A stretch of 64,000 bases of DNA from Candidatus Rokuibacteriota bacterium. GTDB taxonomy: Bacteria; Methylomirabilota; Methylomirabilia; Rokubacteriales; CSP1-6. Made by a program: the position numbers and the translations under genes. The DNA lies in assembly GCA_003220495.1 (NCBI GenBank), contig QHSP01000015.1:196610-260609 (forward strand). The letters run 5' to 3'. Shown piece by piece: positions 1 to 10,261 of this stretch. Numbering within the stretch: the first letter of the stretch is position 1; each line of letters opens with the position of its first letter. The notes below the pieces were generated by a model. The model did no database searches, was not told the DNA's origin, and was given only the letters and a program-made list of their open reading frames with translations.

Positions 1-561
1 GTGCTCCAGATCGACTGTCCCGACCTCGCGATGGGGCGACACCTCGCGTTTCCCGAGCTGAGCAACGCCGAGTTCCTGAAGATCGCCGCGGCCAACATCG
101 AGGCGCTGAATCACGCGCTGCGCGACGTTCCGGCCGACCGCATGCGGCTGCACCTCTGCTGGGGCAACTACGAAGGGCCGCACCACCGCGACATCCCGCT
201 GCGCGAGCTCCTGCCGGTCGCGCTGAGGGCGAAGCCGCAGGCGCTGTCCTTCGAGGGCGCGAACCCGCGCCACGAGCACGAATGGGTCGTGTTCCGCGAG
301 ATTCGTCTGCCCGACGACCGCGTGATCATCCCGGGCGTGCTCGACTCGACGACCAACTTCATCGAGCACCCCGAGCTGGTCGCGCAGCGCCTCGTCCGCT
401 ACGCCGAGATCGTCGGACGCGAGCGGGTGATCGCGGGCACGGATTGCGGCTTTGCGACCTTCGCGCGGTCCGTCAACCAGGTCGAGCCCGAGATCACCTG
501 GGCCAAGTTCAAGGCGATGGCCGAGGGCGCGCGGCTGGCGTCGAAGCAGCTCTGGAAATAG
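1..561 (+). CDS. Cobalamin-independent methionine synthase II-like protein (MetE C-terminal domain family), 5'-truncated by window edge
   Basis: LQIDCPDL, Zn-ligand LHLCWGN (H-x-C), FEGANPRHEHEW, HPELVAQR and AGTDCGF motifs; similar to paralogues at 7872 and 36879. Confidence 0.85.
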   Translation: MLQIDCPDLAMGRHLAFPELSNAEFLKIAAANIEALNHALRDVPADRMRLHLCWGNYEGPHHRDIPLRELLPVALRAKPQALSFEGANPRHEHEWVVFREIRLPDDRVIIPGVLDSTTNFIEHPELVAQRLVRYAEIVGRERVIAGTDCGFATFARSVNQVEPEITWAKFKAMAEGARLASKQLWK

Positions 562-565
562 GGCA

Positions 566-617
566 GTGCGAGCCGCAGGCCGTCGCGGGGCTGGGGCTCC
601 GCCGGCCGAGGCGAGCG
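566..617 (+). repeat. Dispersed ~50-bp GC-rich hairpin repeat, copy A
   Basis: gtgcgagccgcaggccgtcgcggggctggggctccgccggccgaggcgagcg matches four other copies in the window. Confidence 0.85.
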
Positions 618-653
618 ATATAACGAGGCGAGCGACATAACTGGAGACCCGGC

Positions 654-2399
654 ATGACCCTAGACGAGATCGACGTTCCCCACGCCCTCGTGCACGTCCT
701 CGAGGAGGCCGGCATCCAGTTCGTGTTCGGCATGCCTGGCGGCGACACCGGCCGTATCTTCGACGCGCTCCACGACTCGCGCGAGATCCAGACGATCCTC
801 GTGCGCCACGAGCAGGTCGGCTCGATCATGGCCGAGATGTACGGCCGGCTCACGGGCAAGCCCGGCGTCGTCATGGGCCAGGGGATCTTTCTTGCCTGCA
901 ACGCGCTCTTCGGCGCGCTCGAAGCGGTGAAGGGCGCCTCGCCGATGCTGCTGCTCGGCGACTTCACCGACATGGCGCCCTTCATGCACCACGCGCCCTA
1001 TCAGGCCGGGACCGGCGAGCACGGCAACCACGATCTGAGGAACCTTCTCGCGGGTGCGACCAAGTACACCGCGGCGGTCTCCGAGCCCAAGCAGGCCGTC
1101 CAGACGCTCCAGCTCGCGATCAAGCACGCCACGACGGGCAGCCCCGGACCGGTGGCGGTCATCTTCGGAAGCCGGGCGTTCGGCGCGACCGTGAAGACGC
1201 GCCGGCCACCGCGCCTGCACGCGACCGGGCGCCATCTCGCTCACGGGATCGTTCGGCCGGCGGCCGCGGACGTCGCGCGGGTCGCCGAGGCGCTGCTCGC
1301 CGCCTCGAGCCCGGTGATCATTGCCGGCAACGGCGTCCACGCCTCGCGCGCATGGGCCGAGCTCGCCGAGCTGGCCGATCTCCTCAAGATCCCGGTGGCG
1401 ACGACGGCGTCCGGGAAGAGCGCGATCGCCGACGTCCATCCGCTGGCGCTCGGCGTCTTCGGCAACTGGGGCCAGACCGTTGCCAACGAGGTCGTCTCGG
1501 CCGCCGACACGGTGCTCGTGGTCGGCTCGCGCCTGGCGCCGACCGACACCTGCTTCGAGAACCCGGAGCTGCTCGACGCCGACCGCCAGACATTCTTGCA
1601 GATCGACGTCGAGCCGCTCAACGTCGGCCGTCACTTCCCCGTGAAGGACGCGATCGTCGCCGACGCGCGGGAGGCGCTCGCGGCGCTCGCCGCCGAGCTC
1701 GGGCCGCGGCTCACGCCGGCGCGGAAGACCGCGGGGCAGAGGCGCGTGGAGCATCTGGCCGAGCTCAAGCCCCTCCATCGCTACTTCGCCGAGCCCGAGC
1801 AGCGCTCGGACGCGGTCCCGCTCCGTCCCGAGCGGGTGATCACCGAGCTCGCGCGCCGGCTCGACGCGCGCGCGATCGTCACGATGGACGCAGGAGCCAA
1901 TCGGCTCTACATGACCCACTACTTCCAGTGCAAGGGCGCGGGCACGGTATATCAGCCCTCGTCGATCGGCGGCATGGGATACGCGCTGCCGGCGGCGATG
2001 GGGGCCAAGCTCACGAGCCCGGAGCGCGACTGCGTCGCGGTCTGCGGCGACGGCGGCTTCGCGATGACGATGAACGCGCTCTTCACCGCCGCGCAGTACC
2101 GGATCCCGGTCGTCACCGTCGTGCTGAACAACAGCGTGCTCGGCTGGGTGAAGGACGGACAGCGCCGGCGCGGCAACCGATTCATCGCCTCCGAGCTCGG
2201 CCGCAACGACTATGCGCGGATCGCGCAGGCCATGGGCTGCGTCGGCGTCCGCGTCGAGTCGATCAAGGATCTCGTGGGCGAGCTCGACCGGGTCACGGGC
2301 GCCAAAGAGCCGATCGTCCTCGACGTGGTCACGACGGAGGACGCGCCCTTCTGGCAGGTGCAGTCGCCGCTCGCCAAGGAGGGCCCGGGCGGCGAGTAG
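654..2399 (+). CDS. Thiamine pyrophosphate-binding enzyme (acetolactate synthase/benzoylformate decarboxylase superfamily)
   Basis: FGMPGG, catalytic RHEQ and ThDP motif GDGGFAM...LNN; GGAG RBS upstream. Confidence 0.88.
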   Translation: MTLDEIDVPHALVHVLEEAGIQFVFGMPGGDTGRIFDALHDSREIQTILVRHEQVGSIMAEMYGRLTGKPGVVMGQGIFLACNALFGALEAVKGASPMLLLGDFTDMAPFMHHAPYQAGTGEHGNHDLRNLLAGATKYTAAVSEPKQAVQTLQLAIKHATTGSPGPVAVIFGSRAFGATVKTRRPPRLHATGRHLAHGIVRPAAADVARVAEALLAASSPVIIAGNGVHASRAWAELAELADLLKIPVATTASGKSAIADVHPLALGVFGNWGQTVANEVVSAADTVLVVGSRLAPTDTCFENPELLDADRQTFLQIDVEPLNVGRHFPVKDAIVADAREALAALAAELGPRLTPARKTAGQRRVEHLAELKPLHRYFAEPEQRSDAVPLRPERVITELARRLDARAIVTMDAGANRLYMTHYFQCKGAGTVYQPSSIGGMGYALPAAMGAKLTSPERDCVAVCGDGGFAMTMNALFTAAQYRIPVVTVVLNNSVLGWVKDGQRRRGNRFIASELGRNDYARIAQAMGCVGVRVESIKDLVGELDRVTGAKEPIVLDVVTTEDAPFWQVQSPLAKEGPGGE

Positions 2400-2400
2400 G

Positions 2401-2883
2401 ATGCGGCACAAGAAGAAGGACGTCATGGCCCGTACCCGGCGCGAGTACGCCATCCTCGATCGCCTCGTGACCCGGCTGCGGGCCGCCGACTGGAAGCGGC
2501 CAGTGCCGCGCCCGCCGACGCGGGATCCGTGGACCGTGAAGGACGCGCTCGCCCACATCGTCTACTGGAAGGAGCACAGCGCCCGCGTCTTCCGGGGCGA
2601 GCGGCGGCTCCCGGAGATGCGCGGTCTCGACGTGAAGCAGATCAACCGTCTGATCTACCGGCGCTGGCGCCGCCGGCGGCCGGCCGAGGTCGTGGCGTGG
2701 CATCGTCGCGTCCAGCGCGACGTGCGGAAGACGCTCGCGGCGAATCCCCCGGAGTGGTTCTCGCGGCGTCAGCGCTCGCCCAAGTGGCCGGCCGATTTCG
2801 ACGCGCACTCGGCGGACCACCGGAGGGACGACATCGAGGGCGCGCTGGGGCCGGGGCGCATCAAGGGTCGTGGGCACCGGTGA
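2401..2883 (+). CDS. DinB/maleylpyruvate isomerase N-terminal-like protein
   Basis: WTVKDALAHI motif and C-terminal H-xxx-H; ATG 1 nt after upstream stop. Confidence 0.7.
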   Translation: MRHKKKDVMARTRREYAILDRLVTRLRAADWKRPVPRPPTRDPWTVKDALAHIVYWKEHSARVFRGERRLPEMRGLDVKQINRLIYRRWRRRRPAEVVAWHRRVQRDVRKTLAANPPEWFSRRQRSPKWPADFDAHSADHRRDDIEGALGPGRIKGRGHR

Positions 2884-2913
2884 GGCTGGCTACGAAGCGG
2901 TCGCGCGAGCGCG

Positions 2914-4572
2914 TCATCCCAGGCCGCCGCGCAGCCCGAGCACGCGCGCGACGAGGGCGCCGGCCAGCGAGATGACCATGATGATGCACGCGACGACCAT
3001 CGCCTCCTCGAACTTCCGCTGGGCGATGAAATCGAGCTGCAGGATCGACAGCGGGCGATTGGCGCTGGTGGCGAGCAGCGCGATGTTGCCGATGTTCCGC
3101 GCCGCGCCGACGAACGTGATCATGCCCACCGCCACCAGGGTCGGCGCCATCAGCCGCAGCACGATGCGCCGGTAGGTCGCCCACCACGACGCGCCGGCGA
3201 CGCGCGAGGCTTCCTCGAGATCGCCGCCGAGCTGCAGCAGCCCGCCCTTCACGATCTGCACGCCGAGCGGCATGCCCGAAATCAAGCCGGCGATGATCAG
3301 CACCGCCATCGTGCCGTACAGCGGCCGCAGCACGGCCACGTCGAGGAACAGCCACAGGAGCGCCAGCCCGAGGATCACGCCCGGCACCGTGAAGGGAAGC
3401 CAGGAGACGACGTCGAGCGCCCGGCGGCCGCGGAAGCGCGTGCGCACGACGATGTAGGCGATCAGGGAGTGGACGAGGACCGCCGCGACCGCGGTGCCGG
3501 TCGCCAGCACGACCGTGTTCCAGAGTGAGCGCAGGAAGAGGTCGTCGGCGAGGACGGTCGTCCAGTTCTTGAGCGTCCACGGGTCGGGGATGTTGAAGAA
3601 GCCGAAGAGCTTCATGAACGTGCCGAGCACGGCGAAAGCCAGCGGCACCCCGAGCACGACGAGCGTCAGCGCGAGCGCCAGGGCGAACGCGGGCCAGCGC
3701 CAGCGTCCGAGCCGGTGGCGCCGGCTCTGGAACTGGCCGGTGATCGTCGTGTAGCGGCGGCCGCGCGTGAGCCACTGCTGGGTGAAGATCAGCGGGAGCA
3801 TCGCCGCCAGCACGAGCACCGCCAGCGCGGTCGCCGCGTCGTAGCGCGGCACGCGCGTCACGACGAGGTCGTAGATCATCGTGCTGAACACGAAGAACCG
3901 GAACGGCGCTCCCAGCACCTGCTCCACCTCGAAGGTCTGCAGCGACACCATCGTGCCGAGCAGGAGCACCGACAGTACGACCGGCGCCATGACCGGGATC
4001 GTGATCGAGAGCGCGGTCCGCGCGGTGCCGGCGCCCGCGACGCGCGAAGCCTCCTCGAAGGCCGCGTTCATGTTGCGCAAGGCCGGGGTCAGCAAGATCA
4101 CCTTGACCGTCAGCGATCCGGTGATGACGTGGATCCACACGATGCCCCAGAACGAGTAGATGTCGAACGGCCCCTTGCCGACCAGGCCGAGGCCGACGAG
4201 CCCGGTGTTGAGCAGGCCGTAGTCGGGATCGAGCAGCAGGATCCAGCTCAACGTGACGGTGAGGGTCGGCAGAAAGAACGCCGCCCAGAAGGCGAACTCG
4301 ATCCAGTTGCGGCCCGGCAGATCGGTCCGCGCGATCAGCCAGGCGACCAGCAGCGCCAGCGCGAGCGACAGAACCTGGCGGGCCACGGTGACCTTCAGCG
4401 TGTTGAGGAGCGCCGCGCGCAGGAGCGGCTCGGCGAACGCGGCGCGCCAGCCATCCAGCCCGTAGCGCGCGGGCTGCCCGGGCGGCGCCACCTGGAAGCT
4501 TTCCAGCACCACCAGGAGCAAGGGGTAGACGACGCAGAACGCCACGGCCAGCAGGACCACCGTGCAGGCCAC
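2914..4572 (-). CDS. ABC transporter permease, Fe(III)/FbpB-type (two fused TM domains)
   Basis: Hydrophobic with two EEASRVAGA loops; the frame stays open to a CTG at 4626 that overlaps the SDR stop, so the true start may be there. Confidence 0.88.
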   Translation of the reverse strand: MACTVVLLAVAFCVVYPLLLVVLESFQVAPPGQPARYGLDGWRAAFAEPLLRAALLNTLKVTVARQVLSLALALLVAWLIARTDLPGRNWIEFAFWAAFFLPTLTVTLSWILLLDPDYGLLNTGLVGLGLVGKGPFDIYSFWGIVWIHVITGSLTVKVILLTPALRNMNAAFEEASRVAGAGTARTALSITIPVMAPVVLSVLLLGTMVSLQTFEVEQVLGAPFRFFVFSTMIYDLVVTRVPRYDAATALAVLVLAAMLPLIFTQQWLTRGRRYTTITGQFQSRRHRLGRWRWPAFALALALTLVVLGVPLAFAVLGTFMKLFGFFNIPDPWTLKNWTTVLADDLFLRSLWNTVVLATGTAVAAVLVHSLIAYIVVRTRFRGRRALDVVSWLPFTVPGVILGLALLWLFLDVAVLRPLYGTMAVLIIAGLISGMPLGVQIVKGGLLQLGGDLEEASRVAGASWWATYRRIVLRLMAPTLVAVGMITFVGAARNIGNIALLATSANRPLSILQLDFIAQRKFEEAMVVACIIMVISLAGALVARVLGLRGGLG

Positions 4573-4622
4573 CGACGACAGCTCGATGGCGAAGGGGCGG
4601 GGGCGCGGAACGCTCCGGGCGA

Positions 4623-5465
4623 TCAGTGCATCACGCCGCCGCCGGTCACGTTGATGGACTGACCGGTGATGTACTCGGCGGCATCACCCGCCAGGAACGC
4701 GGCGACTTCGGCCACGTCGCTCGGTCTGGCGATCCGGCCGAGCGGCGTCGACGCGGCGGTCTGCCCGATCCGCTCCTCGCGCTGCCGCTGGTCGAAGCTC
4801 CCGTCCGGCCGCAGCCCCATGTGATCTAGGCGCTCCGTCTCGGCCGCGCTCGGGCAGATCGCGTTGACCGTGATCCCCGCGGGCGCCAGCTCTTGCGCCA
4901 GGGACTGCGTGAAGCCGATGATCCCGAACTTCGACGCGCAGTACGCCGCGCGGAGCGCGCCGCCCTTCTTGCCCCACTGCGACGACATGCTGATGATGCG
5001 CCCGCGCACGCGACGTTCGAGCATCGAGCGCGCGACGGCCTGCGAGGTGATGAACGTCCCCTTGAGGTTGGTGTCGAGGACGGTATCCCACTGGTCTTCC
5101 GGCAGCTCGACGACCGGCGTCTTGTCGAGACTGCCCGGCGCGCCCGCGTTGTTCACGAGGATGTCGATGCGCCCGAACTCGCCCAGGGCCTCCGCGACCA
5201 CCTTCGTCATCTCGCTGGTCGATCGGACGTCGGCGAGCGCGGTCATCGCCCGGCGCCCGCGCTTCCTGATCTCGTCCGCGACCGCTTCGATGCCACCCCA
5301 GGCGCCCGGCGTCAACACGGGCGACACGCGTAGCCCGGTCGAAATCACATCCGTCAGGATGAGATCGGCGCCTTCGTCGGCGAACCGCCGGGCGATGGCT
5401 CGACCGAGCCCGTGCTCACCGCCCGCACCCGTCACCATCGCGATCTTGCCGTCGAGCCGTCCCAT
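4623..5465 (-). CDS. SDR family NAD(P)-dependent oxidoreductase
   Basis: TGAGGEHGLG, NNAG, YCASK motifs; GGAGGAGG RBS. Confidence 0.92.
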   Translation of the reverse strand: MGRLDGKIAMVTGAGGEHGLGRAIARRFADEGADLILTDVISTGLRVSPVLTPGAWGGIEAVADEIRKRGRRAMTALADVRSTSEMTKVVAEALGEFGRIDILVNNAGAPGSLDKTPVVELPEDQWDTVLDTNLKGTFITSQAVARSMLERRVRGRIISMSSQWGKKGGALRAAYCASKFGIIGFTQSLAQELAPAGITVNAICPSAAETERLDHMGLRPDGSFDQRQREERIGQTAASTPLGRIARPSDVAEVAAFLAGDAAEYITGQSINVTGGGVMH

Positions 5466-5487
5466 CAGCCGCCTCCTCCTTCCTACT

Positions 5488-5537
5488 CGCGCCTCGGCCG
5501 GCGGGGCCCCAGCCCCGCGACGGCCTGCAGCGCGAAC
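5488..5537 (-). repeat. Dispersed ~50-bp hairpin repeat, copy B
   Basis: Reverse complement reads cgcgctgcaggccgtcgcggggctggggccccgccggccgaggcgcg. Confidence 0.88.
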
Positions 5538-5540
5538 TGA

Positions 5541-6653
5541 TCACCCGGCCGTGACGCCAGCGGCCAGGAAGCGATCCGGGCGGAACGGCGCCAGGGTGGG
5601 GCTGGGCTTGTCGCGAACGATCTCATCCGCCAGCAGGCGGCCGAGCAGCGGGCCCAGCGTGATCCCGCTGTGGGTCGCGATCAGCCAGCCGTTGGCGAGG
5701 CCAGGGATCCGACCGGCGATCGTGTGTCGGTCGCCCGGCATGGGGCGCACGCCGATGCGGCTGTCGACGATCCGGAGCGGGCGCGCCGCGGGAAACACGC
5801 GCCCCGCCCGCTCGAGCAGCAGCGCCGACAGCGACGCGGGCGAGCCCGAGTTCGCCGCGAGCGTGTCGACGTCCTCGGCCCCGAGCAAGAGTCCGCCGCC
5901 GGCGTCGGGCCGGAGGTGGAGCCCCGGCGCGTGCACGACCCGGCCGAGCGCCACTGCCGGGCGGGAGGTGACCGCCAGTAAGCCGGGTACGCGGCCGACC
6001 GGGATGACCACGCCGAGCGGCTCGAGGAACGCTTGCGTGGCCGGGCCGACACAGACGAGGAACGAGCGCGCGGTCACCTCGTCGTCGTCGACGACGAGGG
6101 CCTCGATTCGATCACCGCGCATGCGGAGCGATCGGACCGCCTTGCCGTCTCTCACTTCAGCGCCACGCGCCGAGGCGGCAGCAAGAAGGCGTCCGATCAG
6201 TCGCGGGGCGTCGAGCCACGCGTCGGCGGCAAAGAACGCGACGTCGCGGACCTGGTCGGGGATGGCGAGGCCGGGCTCGAGCTCGGTCGCGCGCTCGCGG
6301 CTGATCCAGTCAGCCGGGTAGCCCCGGCTCGCGAGCCGATGGACGCGCTCGCGGAGCTCTCGCTCCGCGTCGCTATCGTCCGCCCACTCGAGCGAGCCCC
6401 CCTCGTGATAGCCGGCGTCGCCGCCGAGCTCGCGCGACAGGTCCCGGTGAGCGGTCATCCCGGCCGCATTGAGCCGATGGTAGACATCGGGCTCCTTCCT
6501 GACCGAGTTCAGCCATGCGAACGAGCTGCCGCTCGTCCCCCCGCCGGGCGTGCCGGCATCGAGCGCCAGCACGCGGGCACCCGCCCACGCGACCGCGTAG
6601 ACGGCCGAAGCGCCCACGATCCCGAGTCCGACGACCGCAACGTCGCATTTCAT
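5541..6653 (-). CDS. FAD-dependent oxidoreductase (D-amino acid oxidase/glycine oxidase family)
   Basis: N-terminal VVGLGIVG Rossmann motif, GTSGSS, GVRPMP, THSGITLGP; GGAGG RBS. Confidence 0.88.
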   Translation of the reverse strand: MKCDVAVVGLGIVGASAVYAVAWAGARVLALDAGTPGGGTSGSSFAWLNSVRKEPDVYHRLNAAGMTAHRDLSRELGGDAGYHEGGSLEWADDSDAERELRERVHRLASRGYPADWISRERATELEPGLAIPDQVRDVAFFAADAWLDAPRLIGRLLAAASARGAEVRDGKAVRSLRMRGDRIEALVVDDDEVTARSFLVCVGPATQAFLEPLGVVIPVGRVPGLLAVTSRPAVALGRVVHAPGLHLRPDAGGGLLLGAEDVDTLAANSGSPASLSALLLERAGRVFPAARPLRIVDSRIGVRPMPGDRHTIAGRIPGLANGWLIATHSGITLGPLLGRLLADEIVRDKPSPTLAPFRPDRFLAAGVTAG

Positions 6654-6741
6654 CGGCGACCTCCTGTGCAGGCCTGGTCCCCCACCGCGGGCGCATTATA
6701 GGGTTCCTCGGGCGCTCTTGGCATGCTCGCCCTCACACGGC

Positions 6742-7851
6742 TCACGCCGGCCACACGCTGACCACGTCGGGAGGGAAGTGGAGCTGAAGCTGCTGGCCCT
6801 CGCGCCAGTCGCCTCCGCGTGCCAGGAAGAGCAGGATGCGCTGCTCCTCGCTCAGCGCCACGCGGGCCTCGTACCTGTCGCCCACGAACAGGAGCGCCTC
6901 GATCACGCCGACGAGCGTGTGGCCACGCGCCGCCGGCCGATCGTTCGATCCGACCTCGATGTCTTCGGGCCGAACCGCGACGTGCGCCGGAGCTCCCTCG
7001 GAGAGGCTCGCGCCCGGCGCGATGCGTCCTGCCAATGTCTGGCCGGCGAGCGATCCATCCAGCGCGATCGCGACCGTCTGGCTCTCCGCGCGATCGACCC
7101 GCCCTTTCAAGATCACGGTCTGGCCGAGGAAGTCGCGGACGAAGGCCGACGCGGGCTGCTCGTAGAGGCTCCGCGGGGAGCCGATCTGCTCGGCGCGCCC
7201 ACGGGACATGACGGCGATCCGATTGGACAGGCTGAGCGCCTCGATCTGGTCGTGCGTGACGAAGAGCACGGTGATGCCGAGCCGCCGCTGCAGGAGCTTC
7301 AGCTCGACCCGCATCTGCTCCCGCAGCTTGGCGTCGAGGTTGCTGAACGGCTCGTCGAGCAGCAGCAGGTCGGGCTCGTACACGAGCGCGCGGCAGAGCG
7401 CCAGGCGCTGCATCTGGCCGCCGCTCAGGAGCGTAGCCGACCGGCGCTCGAGCCCGCCGAGCCCGACCAGCTCGAGCACCTTGGCCACGCGATCACGCAT
7501 GGCCTGTCCCCTTACGCCGCGGAGCTTCAACGGGTAGGCAACGTTCTCGAAGACGCTCATGTGCGGCCAGATCGCGTAGGACTGGAAGACCATGCCGAGG
7601 TTGCGCTTGTGCGGAGGCACGAAGAGCCGGCGCGCGACCGACGCGACGAGCCGGCCGCGCAGGGTGATCTCGCCGCCGTCGGGATCCTCCAGTCCGGCCA
7701 CCAGGCGCAAGGTGGTGGTCTTGCCGCAACCGCTCGGGCCCAGCAACGTGAACACTTCGCCCCGGTCGACCTCGAGGGACGCGCCGTCGACCGCCTGGAC
7801 CGTGCCGTACGATTTGCTGACGCCGTCGAGCCGAAGGACCGTGTCGCTCAT
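6742..7851 (-). CDS. ABC transporter ATP-binding protein (PotA/FbpC-type with TOBE domain)
   Basis: Walker A GPSGCGKTT, LSGGQ signature, LLLLDEP; start re-called at MSDTVLRL. Confidence 0.93.
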   Translation of the reverse strand: MSDTVLRLDGVSKSYGTVQAVDGASLEVDRGEVFTLLGPSGCGKTTTLRLVAGLEDPDGGEITLRGRLVASVARRLFVPPHKRNLGMVFQSYAIWPHMSVFENVAYPLKLRGVRGQAMRDRVAKVLELVGLGGLERRSATLLSGGQMQRLALCRALVYEPDLLLLDEPFSNLDAKLREQMRVELKLLQRRLGITVLFVTHDQIEALSLSNRIAVMSRGRAEQIGSPRSLYEQPASAFVRDFLGQTVILKGRVDRAESQTVAIALDGSLAGQTLAGRIAPGASLSEGAPAHVAVRPEDIEVGSNDRPAARGHTLVGVIEALLFVGDRYEARVALSEEQRILLFLARGGDWREGQQLQLHFPPDVVSVWPA

Positions 7852-7871
7852 CGGGTCCGCGGCCGAGGGGC

Positions 7872-9017
7872 TCAGCGGCCCCAGAGCCGCCGCGTGGCCA
7901 GTCGCGCGCCTTCCACGAGCGCCTCGAACTTCGCCCACGCGATCCGGGGGTGGCCGACTCGCGGCCCGAGGCCGCAGTCCGTGCCCGCGATCACGTTCTC
8001 TCTCCCAACCAGCTCGGCGTACCTGACGAGACGCTCGGCGACGAGCTCTGGATGCTCGACGAAATCGCTGGCGTGGCCGACCACGCCGGGGATGAGGATC
8101 TTGCCGTCCGGCAGCTTCACGCTCTCCCACACGCGCCACTCGTGCTCGTGGCGCGGGTTGGACGCCTCGATCGAGTAGGCCTGCGCCCGGACCGCCAGGA
8201 CCAGGTCGACGAGATCACGCAGCGGCAGGTCGTGCTTGTGCGGTCCGTGGTAGCTCCCCCAGCAGACGTGAAAGCGCACACGCTCCGGCGGGATGTCGCG
8301 TAGCGCGTGGTTGAGGGCTTCGATGCGCAGCGCGGCGAACTTCCGGTACTGCGCAAGTGTCAGCGTCGGGTGGATCTGCCAGGCGTCGGCGAGATCGGGA
8401 TCGTCGATCTGAAGGAGGAAGCCGGCGCGAACGATCGCGTCGTATTCGACCTTCATCGCCTCGGCGATCGCGGCGAGGTACGCCTCGTCGCTCGGGTAGT
8501 GAGCGTTGCGCAGCCAGTGCTCGATGGTGCCGGGCGCCACCGCCGGCAGGAACGCCTCGGTCACCGAATGACCGGCCAGCGCCGCCTTGAAGTTGGCGCT
8601 GTCCGTCTCGACGGCCGCCTGTCCGATGTAGCTGAGGGGCGCCTTGCAGACGGCCTCGCGGCCGGCCATGTTGCCGCGCCCCGCGAAGTACTCCGGGAAT
8701 TCCAGGGCGTCCCGGCCGTAGATCATCGCAAGGACACGCTCGCCCTCGGCGAGCGCACGCTCTTCGACCCCGCCGAGGCGCTCGCGCGCGTAGGTCGTGA
8801 AGTTGCGCTTCGATTCCTCGCCGTCGTTGACGATATCCAGGCCGACGGCGACCTGCTGCCTGACGACCTCGGCGACGGCGCGTCGAACGCGACTGGCGAA
8901 GGCGGCGTGATCGTAGGGGCGGCCGGTGTCCCGGGCGATCAGCAGGTCGCGCAGATCGTCGGGCCGCGCCAGGCTTCCGGCGTGCGTCGTCAGGATGCGC
9001 TCGGTACTGCGTTTCAC
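7872..9017 (-). CDS. Cobalamin-independent methionine synthase II-like protein
   Basis: ILTTHAGSLARP, DGE, FHVCWGS, NPRHEHEW, AGTDCG. Confidence 0.88.
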   Translation of the reverse strand: MKRSTERILTTHAGSLARPDDLRDLLIARDTGRPYDHAAFASRVRRAVAEVVRQQVAVGLDIVNDGEESKRNFTTYARERLGGVEERALAEGERVLAMIYGRDALEFPEYFAGRGNMAGREAVCKAPLSYIGQAAVETDSANFKAALAGHSVTEAFLPAVAPGTIEHWLRNAHYPSDEAYLAAIAEAMKVEYDAIVRAGFLLQIDDPDLADAWQIHPTLTLAQYRKFAALRIEALNHALRDIPPERVRFHVCWGSYHGPHKHDLPLRDLVDLVLAVRAQAYSIEASNPRHEHEWRVWESVKLPDGKILIPGVVGHASDFVEHPELVAERLVRYAELVGRENVIAGTDCGLGPRVGHPRIAWAKFEALVEGARLATRRLWGR

Positions 9018-9026
9018 CGTTCGCGT

Positions 9027-9055
9027 AAGATAGTCGCGCCCGGGGGCCTGGTCAA
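9027..9055 (-). promoter_or_regulatory. sigma70-type promoter TTGACC-N17-TATCTT for the MetE-like/ABC operon (near-leaderless)
   Basis: Near-consensus hexamers with 17-nt spacing; -10 is 9 nt from the GTG at 9017. Confidence 0.55.
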
Positions 9056-9078
9056 TCGAGCGAGCGCCCTCGATGGTT

Positions 9079-9129
9079 GTGCGCGCTGCAGACTGTCGCG
9101 GGGCTGGGGCCCCGCCGGTCGAGGCGCGC
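9079..9129 (+). repeat. Dispersed ~50-bp hairpin repeat, copy C
   Basis: gtgcgcgctgcagactgtcgcggggctggggccccgccggtcgaggcgcgc, immediately upstream of the SBP RBS. Confidence 0.88.
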
Positions 9130-9151
9130 CTCCAGAACAGGAGGATTCATC

Positions 9152-10261
9152 GTGCGCCAGGATCTCTCACGTCGTGACCTGCTGCGCACCGCCGCGCGGG
9201 CCGGCGCCGCCGGGCTCGTGGCTCCGGCGAGTCGTCTCGCCCACGCCGCGACCATCTCGCCCGAATGGGAGCAGATGGCCGCCGCCGCCCGGAAGGAGGG
9301 CAAGGTCTCGGTCAACACCTTCACCGGCCAGGGCTACGCCCGCATCCTCAAGCTCTTCGCGCAGGCCTATCCGGAGATCAAGCTCGAGCACACGAATCTC
9401 GAACCCGTCGAGTTCTCGCCGCGGGTCATCCAGGAGCGCAAGGCCTCCGTGTACACCTGGGACGTGGCGACCATGCCGATGAGCACCGCGCTCCAGGTGC
9501 TCAAGCCGGCCGGCGTCTGGGATCCCGTGCGGCCGGTGATCGTGGCGCCGGAGGCCAAGAACGACGCGAACTGGCGCGGCGGCTTCGACGCCGGCTTCCT
9601 CGACCGCGACCGAAACCTCGCGTACGCCTTCACGCTGGTGCGCGCGCCCGGGGTCTTCGTCAACGTCGATCAGGTCAGGGAGGGCGAGCTCCGGAGCGTG
9701 AAGGGCCTGCTCGCGCCCAAGTGGAAGGGCCGCATCGCGATCTCCGACCCGCGCACGATCGGCTCGACCTTCTGGCCCTTGACGGCCGCCCGGCTGCGGC
9801 TCGGCGATGGAATCATGAAGCAGATCCTCGTCGATCAGGAGCCGGTGCTGAGCCGCGACCGGAACCAGCTTACCGAGTTCATGGTGCGCGGGCGCTATCC
9901 GATCGCGATCGGGCTCAACGCGCTCGCGCTCCAGGACTTCCAGGCCCACGGCGTGGGCAAGAACGTGAAGACTCAGCCCTTACCCGAGCTCGACTATCAG
10001 TCGTCGGGCAGCGGCGTGTGGCTCCTCAACCGGGCGCCGCATCCCGGCGCGGCGAAGCTCCTCATCAACTGGCTCCTGACGAAGGACGCTCAGGTCGCGT
10101 GGGCCCGGGAGCTTCAGACCAACAGCCGCTTCGTGGGTGTGGAGCCGGGCGATCCGCAGGCGGTCGTTCCGCCGGGGCTCACGCTCTTGCAGATCGACGC
10201 CGAGGAGCAGCTGCCCGAGCTCGTCAAGACCCAGGACATCGCCCGGCAGCTGATCAGGTAG
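9152..10261 (+). CDS. Extracellular solute-binding protein (Fe/thiamine/polyamine-type), Tat-exported
   Basis: AGGAGG RBS, SRRDLL twin-arginine motif, AAARKEGKV, LLAPKWKGRI, APHPGAAKLLINWLL. Confidence 0.85.
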   Translation: MRQDLSRRDLLRTAARAGAAGLVAPASRLAHAATISPEWEQMAAAARKEGKVSVNTFTGQGYARILKLFAQAYPEIKLEHTNLEPVEFSPRVIQERKASVYTWDVATMPMSTALQVLKPAGVWDPVRPVIVAPEAKNDANWRGGFDAGFLDRDRNLAYAFTLVRAPGVFVNVDQVREGELRSVKGLLAPKWKGRIAISDPRTIGSTFWPLTAARLRLGDGIMKQILVDQEPVLSRDRNQLTEFMVRGRYPIAIGLNALALQDFQAHGVGKNVKTQPLPELDYQSSGSGVWLLNRAPHPGAAKLLINWLLTKDAQVAWARELQTNSRFVGVEPGDPQAVVPPGLTLLQIDAEEQLPELVKTQDIARQLIR

